A stretch of 64,000 nt of DNA, taken from Syncephalis fuscata S228. Its lineage: Eukaryota > Fungi > Zoopagomycota. The notes beneath the pieces are model-generated. The model was given only the letters and a program-made list of their open reading frames with translations, did not search any database and was not told the DNA's origin. Position numbers and translations under genes: made by a program. The DNA is taken from contig JAHLTZ010000031.1 in assembly GCA_025786725.1 (NCBI GenBank), positions 124,001 to 188,000 of the forward strand, read 5' to 3'. Below are positions 22,825-37,961 of the stretch, piece by piece (position 1 is the first letter of the stretch; each line of letters begins with the position of its first letter).

Positions 22825-24167
22825 ACATGGCCATTTACTATGTGTAGACTTCAACACTTATAGATTTCATGTTTTCACTCACTCTCACTATTCCATTTCC
22901 CTTGCTCTCTCACTCCACTCTTTTCGTTAGTAACTAACTTTTTCTTTTGTTCCATAAGTGCTTTGTGTTCCTAACGCATTAGGATGACTTGTCGCGTGGA
23001 ACTTTTTTCCATTGTAATGTCATTCATTGGCTATTGCGTTGTTTTCATCTTCTCTTGAACTGGCTATCTCTACGGTTTTTGTTTTTTACCACTACTATGG
23101 CCATGATTATTACTATTATTATTATTACCATTACTACTACTATTATTATTACACTATTCGATCATATATAGTTATATGTGATTTATGACTTGTACCTGTT
23201 GAAATGAAAAGTCGCATACGTGACTTGCCAATTCAGCCTAGCATCCGTCTAAACTAATTTACAGTTCAGCCGTAACACATCTCCATTAGGCCATGAATTC
23301 AAGATGCGCTTGATATTCATTTATTCCAAAGGCCCGTTTGCATCACAGACTCAGACACACCGACGCCGACATCAGCACACATTATATCATCATATCATCA
23401 ATCATCATCATCATCATCAGTCATTCGTATATTATTGGTCGCATCAAGATCGATATAGCAAAAGTTGACAGTCCTTGCACACTCTCTAGCCGTGTACCTG
23501 CCTGTGCATGCTTGCATCTGTACACACCTTCGCCCCTTTACGGGCATTCTGCCATTTACCATGCGTGTTCACCGTTATCGCTACTGTCCTTTGCATTAAC
23601 ACCAATACCACCGCCATCACTATTACCGCTAACATCGTGCCATTCTATCATTATCACTACGCGATTGTTGTCACTTTAACTCTCTCTCTCCTCCCTATCT
23701 CTTTCTTCCTCTCTCATTTCTCGCTTTACCTCTTGTCCATTTATTTCTTCCGTTAGGTTGAAACTTGCTACTCAATGTTATCTTTGATTTCTATTATTAT
23801 TCCATTTGTCATTCAATTTTTTCTGCTTAATGTACGGTTTTGAAAATAAGCATCTTTTTCTTCTTCTTCCTGCTTAACCAATCGCTCTTTCATTTATATT
23901 TGCGTTTGGTAAAGGATTGTGATAGCCTGCTTCATTTTTACCTTAACATTGGCCCAAAAATTGATATACTATTGACTGGTCTCAAAGTATCAGCCAATTT
24001 ATCGTTGTTTACCTCCGCCCCTTGCTTTTCATTTTATCTGATGCGCTCTAGTTCATCAGAAGCACGCAGCGTCAAGGTCAATCGTTGTTTTATATAAATA
24101 CATTTATTACTAAAATTAAAGCTTTGATGTATGTAATTTTATTAATATATTTAAGTGATATGTTTTA

Positions 24168-26149
24168 TTATGATGGATTAAGTGTCGGTTTTACTCGGCA
24201 CCGATAGCATCGACAGCCCAAGCGCTGTTGTATTCCATTGGGTAGTGTAATCATATGGATACTTGTTGATGCTATAGAACTGCTGCTATTATTGTTATTA
24301 TCAATTACGTGGTGTTGTTGTTGCTCATTCTTGCGTAATAAATCCGTTTGATTGGTAGTCGTCCATGTTGAGGTTGTTGACTGGTCATTATGGCGTATTC
24401 GTTTATTATAGCCAAATTGTTTAGTAGGTGATGATGCAGCCGATGAGCTTGATATGACACTACTGCCACTGCCCCATAATCCACCGGCTGTGGCACTGGC
24501 TGTATCATTGCCATTACTATCATTGTCATCACTATGACTGCTACTACTATTACTGCTACTACTCGTGTCACTACTACTGTCATCGCTACTTGGCGGTAAT
24601 CGAGGAATGGTTTGTAGACAGGCAATACGTAGACGTAGACCGGCATACCAGATTGATGTGCCATCTGTACCGTGCATAGCCATTCTATTTAACTCTCGTA
24701 TAAATCGCTGCGCCATACGAGGTCGGCTATAACGAGCACGCAAATAAACATACTCGATATTAGTTGAAGAACAAAAGTTCTGTGTGACAGCAATAGTTAA
24801 ATCTATTATACATATAATGATTAATTAATTAATTAATTAATATTTATTATCTACATGTTAAATAGCCATTATACATACCAAGATTCATAACAACATGTGC
24901 CCATCCACCGGGTACAAAAACAGTTTCCTTTGGACGCTGTACCATTTCTACCATGCCGTAATATTCAGCCGCACTTTTGCCATTGTATTCCGCTGAAGGT
25001 ACAATCAATCGAGGGTAGACATGAGTGAACCAAGCTACACCTTCATGATCATATGGCTTCATTGGAGGATCATAAACAGCTGCTGGCGTATTGGGCGGGA
25101 AAAGCACCCATCTAAATAATAAACGCGATTAGTGTTATTATTATTAAATAAGATGTATTAAATTTAATTGTACTAATTATTTACCGTTTATGTCCAGATA
25201 CAAGTGTATTCCACGCACTTGTTCCTACACATCATTTAATTGCTACATTCACACATTGATCTTATTCACATTACCTAATGGATCAATATGGATGCTAAAT
25301 GACATGTAAGTATATTTAATTTAATTCAATTCAATTCAGTTCAATTCAATTAATATATGTTACCTACCCTGTACCGCTACGAGCACCACCCATTACAAAC
25401 CAACGATAAGGTGGCCGTCGACTTCCCGTTAGTTTAAACAGATCTTCTGAGAAATAATCTGGTGATGCATAGTCAGTGAGCAAAGAACGCTTGGTTGGAC
25501 GCGACGAAGAGTGGGAATCACGCTTTGGTTCTCGAAAAGAGCTTTCAAAAATGTATAATGGCGAATCATCTTTTTGACTCATTTCAGAATTCAAGTAATG
25601 GATAAAATATTTGAATTTTACGCGTACCGGGTCTCCTTCGTCGTCTTCGCCTACTTTAAACGGACTTTCTGCATAGTCTTCCAATAAACGCTACAAATAC
25701 GCCATCGATTAATAATATAGTCACACATAGTATTGATGCATTATTTACATCAGGTGTCCAGCGCCGTTCGGCTGGCCATTGTCGTGTACATCCTAGGATG
25801 ACTACCGGCAATCTAGGCTTTTCATACAGCCTAACAAAGTCTAATTTGGATACACGGGCGCAATCAATACGTGGTACGCGGTCGGTATCTTTGGCCGGCC
25901 AATAGTTATTATAGTGATAGCCCCAACGGTGCCAGTCATTAATATCCAGTTCTGCGCGATGTAGCCATAACAGCATCAGTATCAAGAAGTAGTTGTTTTC
26001 TACGTTGGTCGAATACGCCTACCCGGTCGACATTTAGATTTGGCTCGAAGTATACGACGCTCATGACGGTGTGGGTCATGACGCTTTCGTTTTTCCTTGC
26101 CATGACTTGAAAGCTGACTTTCAGTCAGATGCGTTGAAACATGAGCCAT
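24168..26149 (-). CDS. JMJD6: JmjC-domain protein, JMJD6/PSR-like arginine demethylase/lysyl hydroxylase
   Basis: ATG 26149; [99 protein letters not shown]; poly-Ser C-terminal part. Confidence 0.92.
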
Positions 26150-26392
26150 TACTGCAATAATAAAAGCGATGCCGTCTAGGATGTATATAAAGTGCTATGA
26201 ATTGATAATAAAACGATAATAGAATTCAAACGATATCAAGAAACAAAATTTTTGTTAATCGGCATGGAAATTTTAGTATTGTTAATTTTTGGTCCGATTC
26301 ATTTTATTTAGTTTTTTACGGCTATTGAAAAAATAAAACATTCCACAGACCGATTGTTACCCATTTACGAATCATTTTACTATTCAGACACT

Positions 26393-27570
26393 ATGGGCAA
26401 GCGAAAGACCGACGATAGAATGGAGGGCATGGAAGACGATGCTGAACAGCACTCGTCTAGCCAGGCTGAATCGAATGGAGACGACTCTATGGATGTAAGT
26501 ATTATTGAATGAATTCGCTGTATTACAGTAAATTGGTACAAACAACTGCTAGATACTAATACAATTGAATAGGAAGATATGGCGAATTTAGACGTTGATG
26601 AGAACGGCATGATTAATGTTGATTTCGAGTTTTTTGATCCACGTCCAAGCGATTTCCACGTAGTAAAGCGATTCTTGGCTCAGTTATTTGGGCCGGATCA
26701 AGAATTGTTAGCGTTATCGGCACTGGCTGATATGACCGTCGAACAACGACTCCTTGGTACATGTATCAAGGTAGACGGTAGTGAATCGGATCCGTATGCG
26801 CTACTGACTGTGCTCAATCTTACTGAGCATGTTGGTTTGCCACACGTTCGTGGACTTATCGATTATCTCGTTGATCGATGCCGTAAACATCCAGAGTCGA
26901 CCGAGGTGTTGCAAGGTGCACTCCAGCGTCGACCAGGCAATGCAATGGATGTGGCATTTCTTGTTAATGAGCGGCTTATTAATATGCCTGCTCAGGTTGT
27001 ACCACCAATGTTTAAGATGTTGTCCGAGGAGATTGAATGGGCACTCGAAGATGTAAGTAGCACTATTATGAAGCTCAACTATTTTATTAGGAATTAACTA
27101 TCGTTTTATTTAATTAGAATGAGCCATATAAATTTTCATGGTATTTGTTATTGTCTAAAACATATCGTGAAGTAGCACCGGTGGCCGATGAAGAACTACC
27201 AGATGCACCACTACCTCAAGGCAAGAAGAAGAAGAATAAGGTATAAATAGTAGATAGAACAATATAGTAAAAATATAACTAATGTATTTATTAAATAGGC
27301 CACTGAACCAACAATATTCCATTATCATCCTGAAGATGAGATTATTGAGCAAGTAAGTAAATCGGCTGTAATTAATTAATTGTTATTAACAGGATGGTTT
27401 AGTTTGCGGAAATTAAACACGATTTTACATTCCGTAAACCACCTCCAGTGGCCGATGCCATGCGTGCCTTCCAAGAAACGGGCATTGCACCGGCACGTCG
27501 ACTCTATTTTATTCGAAGTGAAAAAATGCCAGCACTTTTAGCAGCATTAGAAGCGGGTATTCAAGCTTAA
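26393..27570 (+). CDS. BCP1: BCP1/BCCIP family protein
   Basis: ATG 26393 MGKRK...; INVDFEFFDPRPSDFHVVKRFLAQLF, FLVNERLINMPAQVVPPMFKMLSEEI, FHYHPEDE; stop TAA 27568-27570. Confidence 0.9.
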
Positions 27571-27726
27571 ATGTTTGATTATGAAATAATAAATATTATA
27601 TAAAACATTTATGATATTACTTTAATAGATAAATGAATGAATTTATTGTTAAATCAACACTCTAATCATAAATAATAATAATAATAACCATCAAATCCAT
27701 CTTTATTAGTATTTAAACAGTACATA

Positions 27727-30700
27727 CTAATTACGGAACCTATAAACAATCATTAGTCTATAGCTAGTCATTAATAATAATAATAATATATAATTACTTC
27801 TCAAATAGCGACATGACCAACGCTGGCTTAAGACGTGAGTATTTACGATTACGGATTTGTATATCAAGATATTCTTCTTGGTTATTAGACATCAATAATG
27901 TAATGACCTATAATTAAAACTAGTTAATATGCCTATTACTGTTAATGCTACATCAGCAATACCTGTCTTAATTCAACAAATACATCCAACATCATTGGAT
28001 CGCCAAGTTCCTCAACAAATCTTTCGAGGAATGACACATCCACGTCCATGTTGGTGACAAAATTCAAATTAAACTTTTTAACCTTGGCTCCTAGTAACAG
28101 TTCCTATTTATCATTTGATTATTGTTAATTGTTGTATGGTATTAAGTAATAGTTAATAGACCACTTACATTCATTGAAGTAGCCAAATGGTCCATTGCTT
28201 CAAATGTTACTAGCGACTTGATATTGACCGGTAAATGAACCAAAGCAGTGGTAAACATTTCCTTTAAATAGCTGACCAAGTCTATATTGATTATTGTTTA
28301 ACTTGGTTACAACGTTATATCCAATATCGTTTACTTACCTTTTAAATAAGCTGCTGGTTCAGTACGTGGTTTTCTCGGCATCCTAATCATTGCCATTATA
28401 ATTAGTACCTGCAATAGTCTCATTATTGCTATTGCTATTATGCGTTTCCTACCAATCATAATCAGATGATGCAACAAATGCATCAAGCTTTCCGTTAATC
28501 AGCTCGAAAATACGCTTTTCGGCCAACTTTCTTATTTCTTCAAATGCATCACGTGCCTTTAATTTAATCTTTTCTTCACTGGTTGTATTAACAACACTAT
28601 ATATACAGATTTAATTAGTTATTGAAATCAATTAACAATTAATACAGTTACTTACCGACGATCAGTTAAAAACTTTTCGAATTCGCTACAAACATTATCG
28701 AAATGTTCAACATTTGCATTTAACTGCACAACTTGCAACATGGCCGTTGTTTTAAGCTCCAACTTTAACACATCGGGGATGGTTTTTCCTAATAATAAAT
28801 CCACTGCCTAATAAAAGGACAGATATAAGCTATCTTCGTATAGCTATTAGTGTAGCTTACATTCTGTACAATCATATCGACTTGAGGCACAACAGGCTGT
28901 CCGGAATCATTAACAGCAAATTTATAAAATTGATCGACACTTCGTTTTATGTCAGCACAGGTTAAAGGTACAACACTACCAAAAGGTACAGTACGAGGGA
29001 ATCTATATTATATAGTTAGTATAAAAGACATATTATTATCTTGATAACTATCATAGAGCGCACCCTTGTTTACGAGCATCAGAATCTTCAGGGAAGCGAT
29101 ACAGTCCACGCAATACTTTATATTCCTTCTCATCATGGATCTTCATAGGTTGGAATCCTTTATCGGCTACTTTCTAATCGCAGAGTTAATAATAATAGTC
29201 ATAGTAGTTAATCGTCCATGTTTTTTACCTCTTTAAATTGTGTACTGCATGTCATGAGTGTTAATGAGGCAGCCCGTTCAACGAGTATTTGTGTCAATTC
29301 TCTTGGTTTACGTGTATCAAACATATAACGCTATAGTCCACCGAAAGTTAATACGGCTACTATTAATTATTACCAAATATATACCTCAAGGGCAGGTACA
29401 AAGAATGAAATTGACTGCTTAACTTCATTTAGTGCTTCAGTATCGGGACACTGTCTAATGGTGTCGGATATCATACGTGTAATACGCTCAGCCACCATAG
29501 TCCATAGTACTTCAACCTAATAACACAATTACTATAAATTAAATCACTCTACATCCTTAATTACTTGTAACGTACACGTGCTTTTGATCTGAATTCTCTT
29601 GTTGTATGAGCTACTCGATGCTCAACAATAAAGAATCCCAATATTTCACGTAGCATTTCGCCTAATGCCTTTTGCCCTTCAGGACTTCGATCAATCTTGG
29701 CCTTTAAAATCAGATCGACTTGAGCCTATTATAGGAGTTAGATGCCAGATATTACTTTAGATTGCAATAGTTACCTGTCGATCCTCTTCATAATGTTTCT
29801 TAAACTCATTTTTACGGCCTAGTTTCTCGTGTATATGAATACACTGATAAAGTGGTTTACAATCAATTTTGACTCGTTCATCCTCAAGTAAATCGGCTGA
29901 TTATAAACAGCATTTAATTAATGAATTAATTAACTGGCTGACCATTAATACTTACTGCCATTCTCTTCATCCAATACTAATTCCAAGGCTGTATCAACAT
30001 TTTCTCCTTTGGGTGACTTTGACTGCAAATCACTTGCATCTTGCATGGCCAGTTCGCCAATAATACGGGATTTCTCACGTAAACTAATAAAAATTAAACA
30101 ACAAATATAGATTCTATTAAAGCGTTGCTTACTTGAATAGCCATTCTTTCAAATCAGACATGACAGAATTTTTAATGTTTTCTTTCATCATAGGAATCCA
30201 TTTCTCTATTATTAAATATTAACATTAGTATTCAGCATTGTTAACATTGTTATTGCTCTACTTGCCCATATGCTTGGCAAATTCATATTTTGCCACTTTA
30301 CGTAAATGAACATCTTCCAATTCCTCCAAAGTCTATTATATATTACGTTTATTACAATTATTATTTATTCATTGTCATTTCACTTACACGCAATCCAGTA
30401 TAATAATTACGATTCTCGAGTTGGACACGTACTTTATTGGCCAGCTTAAGAACGTGCAAGCATCGATGTAGCTGATCAATACCCGACTGTAAGTTCTCTC
30501 GAATACGTTGTGCGGCATATAATTTAGCACGCTATAAATAGACGGCTTAGTTAAATGATCTATACTATCCATATCTATTTACCTTGGCCACTAAATCCTC
30601 TCCTGACACTTGCAATTCATCATTCAAACGCAATACGTCGTCTTTAAGTGCCACTGTGCCTTGTCGTACAAGTAGTAATTCCTCTACTGCTCTAATAAAG

Positions 30701-31160
30701 TCCTATTCATACCATTAATCAATAAAAAAGCGATACTAGGCCAAATATAGCAACTTACTTGGTAGTGCATATTACATAGGCGTTCAATCTCGCCCTCTTT
30801 CCGTTCAACGAATCCAGATACTTCGTGGATAAATGCTTGTTCACGACCAGTTTGACAAATCGCTTGAATAGCGGGACCCATTTGGTCGAGTGAGTCGAAT
30901 TCAGTGCCAGCATCGGAAAGTAGAGCGAATTCGCGCGACGGTGACTTTAACGATAGCGAAGTGGCGCCGGCCGAAGCAGTGGTGTTCACCGACAAGTGGC
31001 GTGGGTTATTGCGGCCGCCTGGACCAGACTTGGCCGGTGGAGGCGAAAGAGCCTGTGTAGTGCCATGAATGCTGCCACTTGTTTGGTGATGCGAGAAGCG
31101 TGGTGAATGTAGGCTCTGCTGGTGCTGACGCTCACGAGCATCAGAAGATGACGGCGACAT
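27727..31160 (-). CDS. SEC15: Exocyst complex subunit Sec15 (EXOC6), many exons
   Basis: LDQMGPAIQAI...FVERKEGEIERLCNMHYQ, IDCKPLYQCIHIHEKLG, IVGFFIVEHRV, C-terminal EEYLDIQIRNRKYSRL. The last exon boundary is approximate. Confidence 0.9.
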
Positions 31161-31337
31161 TGGTTGGTAGTAGTAGTAGTGTTACTAAGATGAATAGATG
31201 AAGGTATAAGTGGTAGTATTTAAAACAAGAGACATTAAACATTTCAAGTTATAATCAAATAAACAGCTGATATAATTATAATATTAATCAATTATATTCA
31301 TTAATATTAACAAAGAAATGTGCAACGCTTCATAGAT

Positions 31338-34083
31338 CTATTGGCTATGCACTTGATCGACGGCAGGACAGTCCCACTTCCAACGCGATAATAGACGGGC
31401 CCGTTCACAGTAAGTGCGGGTGACTGGCAAACCATAGATCCATGGAGAATAGACCCAGAACGTTCCTGTTACAACTACGGCAAAGATAAAAAGAAGTGCA
31501 TGGGATATTGTAGATGATTTTTTATGCAAATAGTTGAATACCACATCGGACATGGTACCACTTAGTAGAATGGAAAAGTAAAAGGCCGGCAAGTAAGTGT
31601 GTAGGAATTGCTGATGTTCTGCACCAAGATACGAAACGTAATAAATGAACCAGCCCATGATAAAAAATCCACCTGTGCCCATAATATCTGATCGATGGCC
31701 TAATAGAAATAAACAAATAAATAATATTAATTAATTAATTAGTTAGTTAGTTAATCATTATTAATTACTAATAGCGTTTATATTGCTTATATATGTCATT
31801 TAATTACCTTGTAATGTATCTTTATGACCACGCTGATCACGTAGAATAAGAATAAATTGTAATCCAAGCCAGATAAAGACGGAGCTGGCCGCAAATAGCC
31901 AGATCAACAAGTTACCCGTAACAAATATATGGAATTCTGATGTATTAATAAAAGAAATACCCGTTTTTACAATAGGCCACCAAGCAGAAGGACGTGAACT
32001 TGATGGATGAATTTCACCTGATGGAGAGTGGATTCTCTTCATTACTGTATGGGCCTCGGCCACTTTTGACCAAAGCTAGGTGGAGTAATTTGTGCTACAG
32101 GTGCATCAGCCGGCATGGTTGGATGCTTATGGCTCATAATACGCCATACAAGGTTCTCCTCCTTGCCATCGGGTACACACGTCACTTCAACTTGTCCAAA
32201 GCCCCATGAAGGGAGAACAGCACCGTGCGATGAAAGATAGCAGCCTTGATTAGCATGACGTATACGGAAATGCGTGTAGAAAGCCATGATCTGGTTCTTT
32301 GACTGTGGTAAATCGCGGTTATAGTCGACTACTTCAATGAGCCAGTCATCGTTGCTATCGCCATCAAAATCGGGAAATCCATAGGCACTATGATCATAAT
32401 ACAATACGTATGCATATAGTCAATTATAATACATTATAGAGCATATATATATATATTATACTTACGTTACTTCTTTATGGTGTTCATTCTCCGTGACAGG
32501 CGCTTTATGATCGTGACAATGTAGGCGAGTATTAGTCTGCATATGCCAAAGACGAACACGTTCTCCATTGTAAATTGGCATGGGCTCTCGTTGATCGTAT
32601 GGCATCTCTGGTGGATGGAATTGTTCAACCCGCCATACATTAAAGATATCTTGATGCTGGTAGACGGTCACTTGTTGTTGTTTACTGCCCGAGGGATAAT
32701 AGTGCAAATGTGAATGCAAGTAGCCATGGATTTAACGTGTTCTATGGTGATTTCTGAACCAAAAGCAATATCTCGTGGCATTTCTAACGGTATATTGTGA
32801 CCAATCAGTGTAGATCGCAATTCTGGTGACAGAATACTGGCTGAATTTGTATGATTTTGAAGTAGACTAAAGTGGACGGCAAACCAGAACAAATAAATAG
32901 TCGCTGGAATGACAAAAAGAGAGATAACACGAGCTACAAAGTGTTTACCCAACTGACACTAATAGTAAATAGTAATAAGTTGGTTAATTAGAGTTAAATA
33001 AATGGGTACTAATATAAAAATACATAGTAATAACACTTACTAAACCAACACGACGATCACCTAATAATCGATAGAATTCACCTAGAGTAGCTACACCAAG
33101 AATGGTTAACAATAATAAACCCGAATGTTTAATGCTAATGACCGATGCTACATTAACACTTGTGGCTACAAGCCAGCTCCACCAGCCACACGTAAAAGCA
33201 TATTCGTCATAACGACGGAATACAGTGTAACTAAAAGAGTGGCCCCGATAAAAAAGAGTATAATCGGCTCAAGTACAATATAGCGTGATTCGGTAATTAA
33301 AGCATGATCTATTTAAATAAATAAAATATGTTAAATAAAAGATGTTAAGTAAATGTATTAAATGAAATGTGTTAATTAATATATTAATTAAAATATATTA
33401 ACCAATTAACTAATCAATTAAATCGTTTACATTCATTAGTAACCTACCAAAAACCACCATAATAGAGGCTAGTAGAGCAGCGGTTGAAGAACCATTGGCA
33501 GCTTTTATAGTTCCATAAGCAATAGGACTTAATAGCGCGCCTATAACGGCCGAGAATAACCGCATCTCCACATAAGGCACATTAGTTCCCATAAACGATC
33601 TATCATAAATTTAATATCGCGTCTATTAAATAAACATACCACTACTTACGCGCCTGCTTGATAGAAATCAAACTTGCCATCATAGCCAAATAGATAGGCC
33701 ACAGCTGTAAGTACCAATTTACCGAAGGGTGGATCAATATCAAGAAAGTAATCGCTGTTAATGTACTGCGACATAAATCCACCGGCGTGTGTTTCATCGA
33801 ATATAACTTGATGTGGATGCGATATGTAGAAGGAACGAATAAACAGCGCTATTATAGTGACGCCAAACATATATTGTTTATCGCTAGCTGTAAGAAATCC
33901 GGTGGGTGGCCGGTTCAATACAGCTGCACCCGTCTTTGACATATGAGTAGCGGTGTGCTTGGCATCCCTATGGGATTCTGTACTAGTAGTGATCGTGGTG
34001 GTAGTTTTTGTAGTGGTGGTGCTTGTTGCCGTCTTCGTTTCTACCGCCTTCGACGAGCCACCGTCGTGTGGTTGAGCAACCAT
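31338..34083 (-). CDS. Dolichyl-phosphate-mannose-protein O-mannosyltransferase (PMT family) with MIR domain; several apparent frameshifts
   Basis: VIFDETHAGGFMSQYINSDYFLDIDPPFGKL, VPYVEMR, GYLHSHLHYYPSGSKQQQVTVY, LPSWGFGQVEVTC, GNLLIW, QFLHTYLPA. Subfamily not assigned. Confidence 0.92.
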
Positions 34084-34483
34084 CGATGGACACTATACTA
34101 AAGATTGGCCACTGTAATAACCACGATAACCTGAAGAAAAAAGAAAAAGAAACACTGGTAAAGGTGGCGGTGCAGTAGTATTTGTGTGGGAGTGTACGAA
34201 AGAGTGCAAGAAAGTGAGAGTGCGCGCAAGAGAAGAGAGTGAGAGAGCACGCGCAATAGGTGAGTTAGTGAGTGTGAGTACAAAGGTAGAGAACTAAAAA
34301 TGGACGCGTGTACAATGACCAGAAGTGATGTGTCGTTGTTAATGTGTGTGTGTGTGTGTGGATAGTGTTAATTATATATATATATTATTGATAAGAATGA
34401 TAAAAATAGTTAACACGTCATGATTCAGGAAGAGGCTAGACTTTTATTCCCAATTACTCCAGTTACGGCTACACGCTACCACG

Positions 34484-35214
34484 ATGATCAAGTCTATTCT
34501 CATCTTTAATAACCAGGGTAAACCACGTCTTACCAAGTTCTACCAACAAATAGTAGGGCGGTTTACGACTGATAGATAGCGTCAACGCATACTAAAGTCT
34601 ATACTGTTTCTAGGATACACAATCGCAACAGCAAATCTTACAAGAAATTCATCACTTGCTAGTACAGCGACCCGAGACGGATTGTAACTTCCTTGAGGGC
34701 ACTCGTCTTGTAGGCGGTGAAGATACGCGGGTTATCTATCGCCATTATGCAACGCTGTATTTTGTATTTGTTGTTGATCGTGCCGAAAGTGAACTGGGCA
34801 TTTTAGATTTAATTCATGTAAGTTAAATGTGTTCTGTTATTAGTAATATTGACAGTTTACGACTAGACATTTGTCGAGTGTTTGGATCGTTGTTTTGAAA
34901 ATGTTTGTGAACTTGATCTAGTAAGTTGTTGTTGTTGTTGTTGTTTTAATATTATAAATGATAGATTACTAATGGATACATGATTAAATAATAGATCTTT
35001 CACTTTGACCAAGTACACAATATACTGGCTGAGATGGTATGCGGTGGCATGGTATGTTGTAGATGGTATGACTACTGATTAATAGTAATTAAATTTATGG
35101 TATGAATAGGTACTAGAGACGAATGTCAACGAGATAACCAGTGCCGTTAGACAAACAAGTAAACCAACAAAGCGTTCAACGGCTGTAGGACTTGTCTCTG
35201 GACTAGGACATTAA
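34484..35214 (+). CDS. APS3: AP-3 adaptor complex sigma subunit
   Basis: MIKSILIFNNQGKPRLTKFYQQI, CNFLEG, IYRHYATLYFVFVVDRAESELGILDLI, FVECLDRCFENVCELDL-IFHFD, GGMVLETN; stop 35212-35214. Confidence 0.92.
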
Positions 35215-35453
35215 TTAATATGAATAAAATTATTATTGTTATTGTTATTACTATTAACATTAGTTACTAATAAATATTAGTAAATTGACACTATTAATTA
35301 ATTAATTAGTTATTATTTATTTATTTTCATTTTGATCATTTATCTTATCCACTCAGTTTTAACTTTAAACACACGTCGGCATTGTACGCCACACTTTTTC
35401 TTTTCACATTATTTACCACCGTTCTATTAGTTGATTATTGTGATTCCGACACT

Positions 35454-36313
35454 ATGATTGCTCGTCGTCTATTGTTGCAGCAACAGTCGCGCGTGTTGAG
35501 TCCCTCGTTGTTGGTGCGTAGCGAGAGTAGCATTGTTCGATCGGGTCGACGATATGTGTCGGTAAGTACGGCCTCGTCAACGCCGTCAGCCCAAGTCGCT
35601 ACAACAACACAGACCGTACGTGGATCTACAAAGGGACGCGGTCGTCTAGGTGCCACGTAAGTAGATCAGAGATGATTGGCTAGGTGGCATTATTCTATCT
35701 TTTGAGTGAATATTACGGATACTATCCTTTTATAAGCTTAATATTATATATATATATATATATATATGTGTGTGATCGATGACTAGTATGCTTGGCTTCT
35801 TTATGGGTGCCACATTGACCGGTGTCATCGGTTGGTATGAATTCCTTGATGACTATCTATACGCTTCACGCACACTACTTGAATCCGTTGAAGATCTTGA
35901 GTCATCAACCCGTAAGGTATGTATAAATAATAATATATTGATATATTCATGTTAATGTATTGATGTTAATTATTCATGTTAATATATAGGTTCGAGACTA
36001 TGCTCGCAAGATTGAAAAGGTAGAGACTACTTTACGCCGTTTGGAAGAACAAGCTATTACGCAAACATCACTGGAGGATATGCGTAAAGAGTTACGCACC
36101 ATTATGGTAAGTAGAATAAATATTTATCAAAATACTAGTCTATCCTATCATATATTATATCATAGTCTATTCTATTCATTTAAATATAACTCAGTTAATG
36201 ACTAATCTATTTTATAGGACGCCAACGAAGAAAGTCGGTACGCTTGGCGTGGCCGCATTGTTGAATTGGAAAAAGATGTGAATACACTGTTGAAAAAGGC
36301 CCAACGTATCTAA
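35454..36313 (+). CDS. Hypothetical mitochondrial membrane protein (presequence + one TM + coiled coil), 4 exons
   Basis: Arg/Ser-rich N-terminus MIARRLLLQQQSRV...; after splicing MLGFFMGATLTGVIGWYEFLDDYLYASRTLLESVEDLESSTRK-VRDYARKIEKVE...ELEKDVNTLLKKAQRI*. Three canonical introns keep the frame open. Confidence 0.75.
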
Positions 36314-37929
36314 CCAACCAACCAGACTCTCTATCTACATCGAATAAATCTATCATTAACTTAATCCATTATTACTATTATTATTATATTAATGTTACTA
36401 CAAGAACTAGCAATCTACAAAGAACAATAAATTAGACCCAAAAGGATTGTCGTCATTATGACCATTGTAGCCAAGAGAGGAAAGAAAAGAACATGATGCA
36501 TATATTGTATGTGGTGGTATATGCATGCATAGACGAGATTTCAATCACCGCCATTCCTGTTTTAAAGACGTTGATAAATTCATTTGTTCTTGGCATAAGT
36601 ACTATTACTATTAGCACGGCTATAGGTGGATTTATCAATGACCTGTAGGTGCATGACCGGTCTAGTAGTCACCGGTTTACCCTTTAGCATTACAATTCAC
36701 GTGGACAACGTGCTATTGATCGTCGCTCATTGACTGTGGTTGTTGTTGTTGTTCTAGTGTTGTGGTTAGTAATACATCTATCCACTATCTACCATCAATT
36801 ACAACTATGATGGTAATTAAATATACCCTAAAGGATAGGCGCCACTCTTTACTTGGTGCACCTCTCCTTATTAATCCATTTTACTTTCTTCTTTTTCACT
36901 TTTGATTATTTGTTAATAGTCATTCTGACACACATTTCACCTATGCAGTTGTTTAAGTAGTGTGTATGTATGTGTGTGTATAGGTCTGCCTATTCTCGAT
37001 CCTTATGGTTACACTTTCATACTACTTGTCTACACACACACACACACACAACCGTTCACATTTCTATTAGTAGTATTCACTTTCACGCTCTGCCTTTTCT
37101 TTTATACCTCGCCTATCCATACTACTGCCACTACTCTACTACTTCACTACTCCACTACCATCTCATCATCCTTCCTCTCTCTTCCTCTCTTCCTCTTTTC
37201 TTTAAGATTGCACAGCAACAGTTGTAGTTGTACGTGTGAGTTTTTGGTTCTAGTATTGTTGTTGTTGTTGTTGTTGTTACTGCGGTTATTCGATGCCTAC
37301 GGTCGTCTATAATTGCAATTAGCATTGACGTTCATTGAACACTATTGTATACACTACAAAGACTGTATTGAATTGACGTATACTGCCAGCAGTACACATA
37401 ATAGTTGTTACGCCGTTAAGCTACTTCTATCGAATACTTTCTTTTTGTGTCTACATTGTATTGGATTGCAGTCATTTACTTACTACAGCGTTATTGTTGT
37501 TGTTGTTGTTCTTGTCAATTGGTACACAGTGTACGACCACGACTGAGTACGAGTATCGATTGGCCTGCTTTCCATTGACATCCCTTGAACGTTTTCTATT
37601 TGTAACAACAACGCCGTTTATTAGCAGTGGTTCATTCTAGTGTTTATTCGTTTGTTTAAACAGATTGTTCGGTGGTTGACTTGCTATTCGACGTAGACAT
37701 TGACTGGATAACTGGTATTTTGGTTCAACCTTTGGTTTACTGCATATAACGCAACATCCATTTATTGGCACTCTGACCACACACACACACACACACCACT
37801 CTTTTTCTTCGCTTTCTCCTTTCACTTCTACTATTTCCACTTCTTCTACTTCAACTACTACTTCTTTGTTACCGCCACTTCACTACTGTTTGTTCTGTGT
37901 GCACGTCTTTTAACCAACATACCTTTACC

Positions 37930-37961
<32 letters not shown>

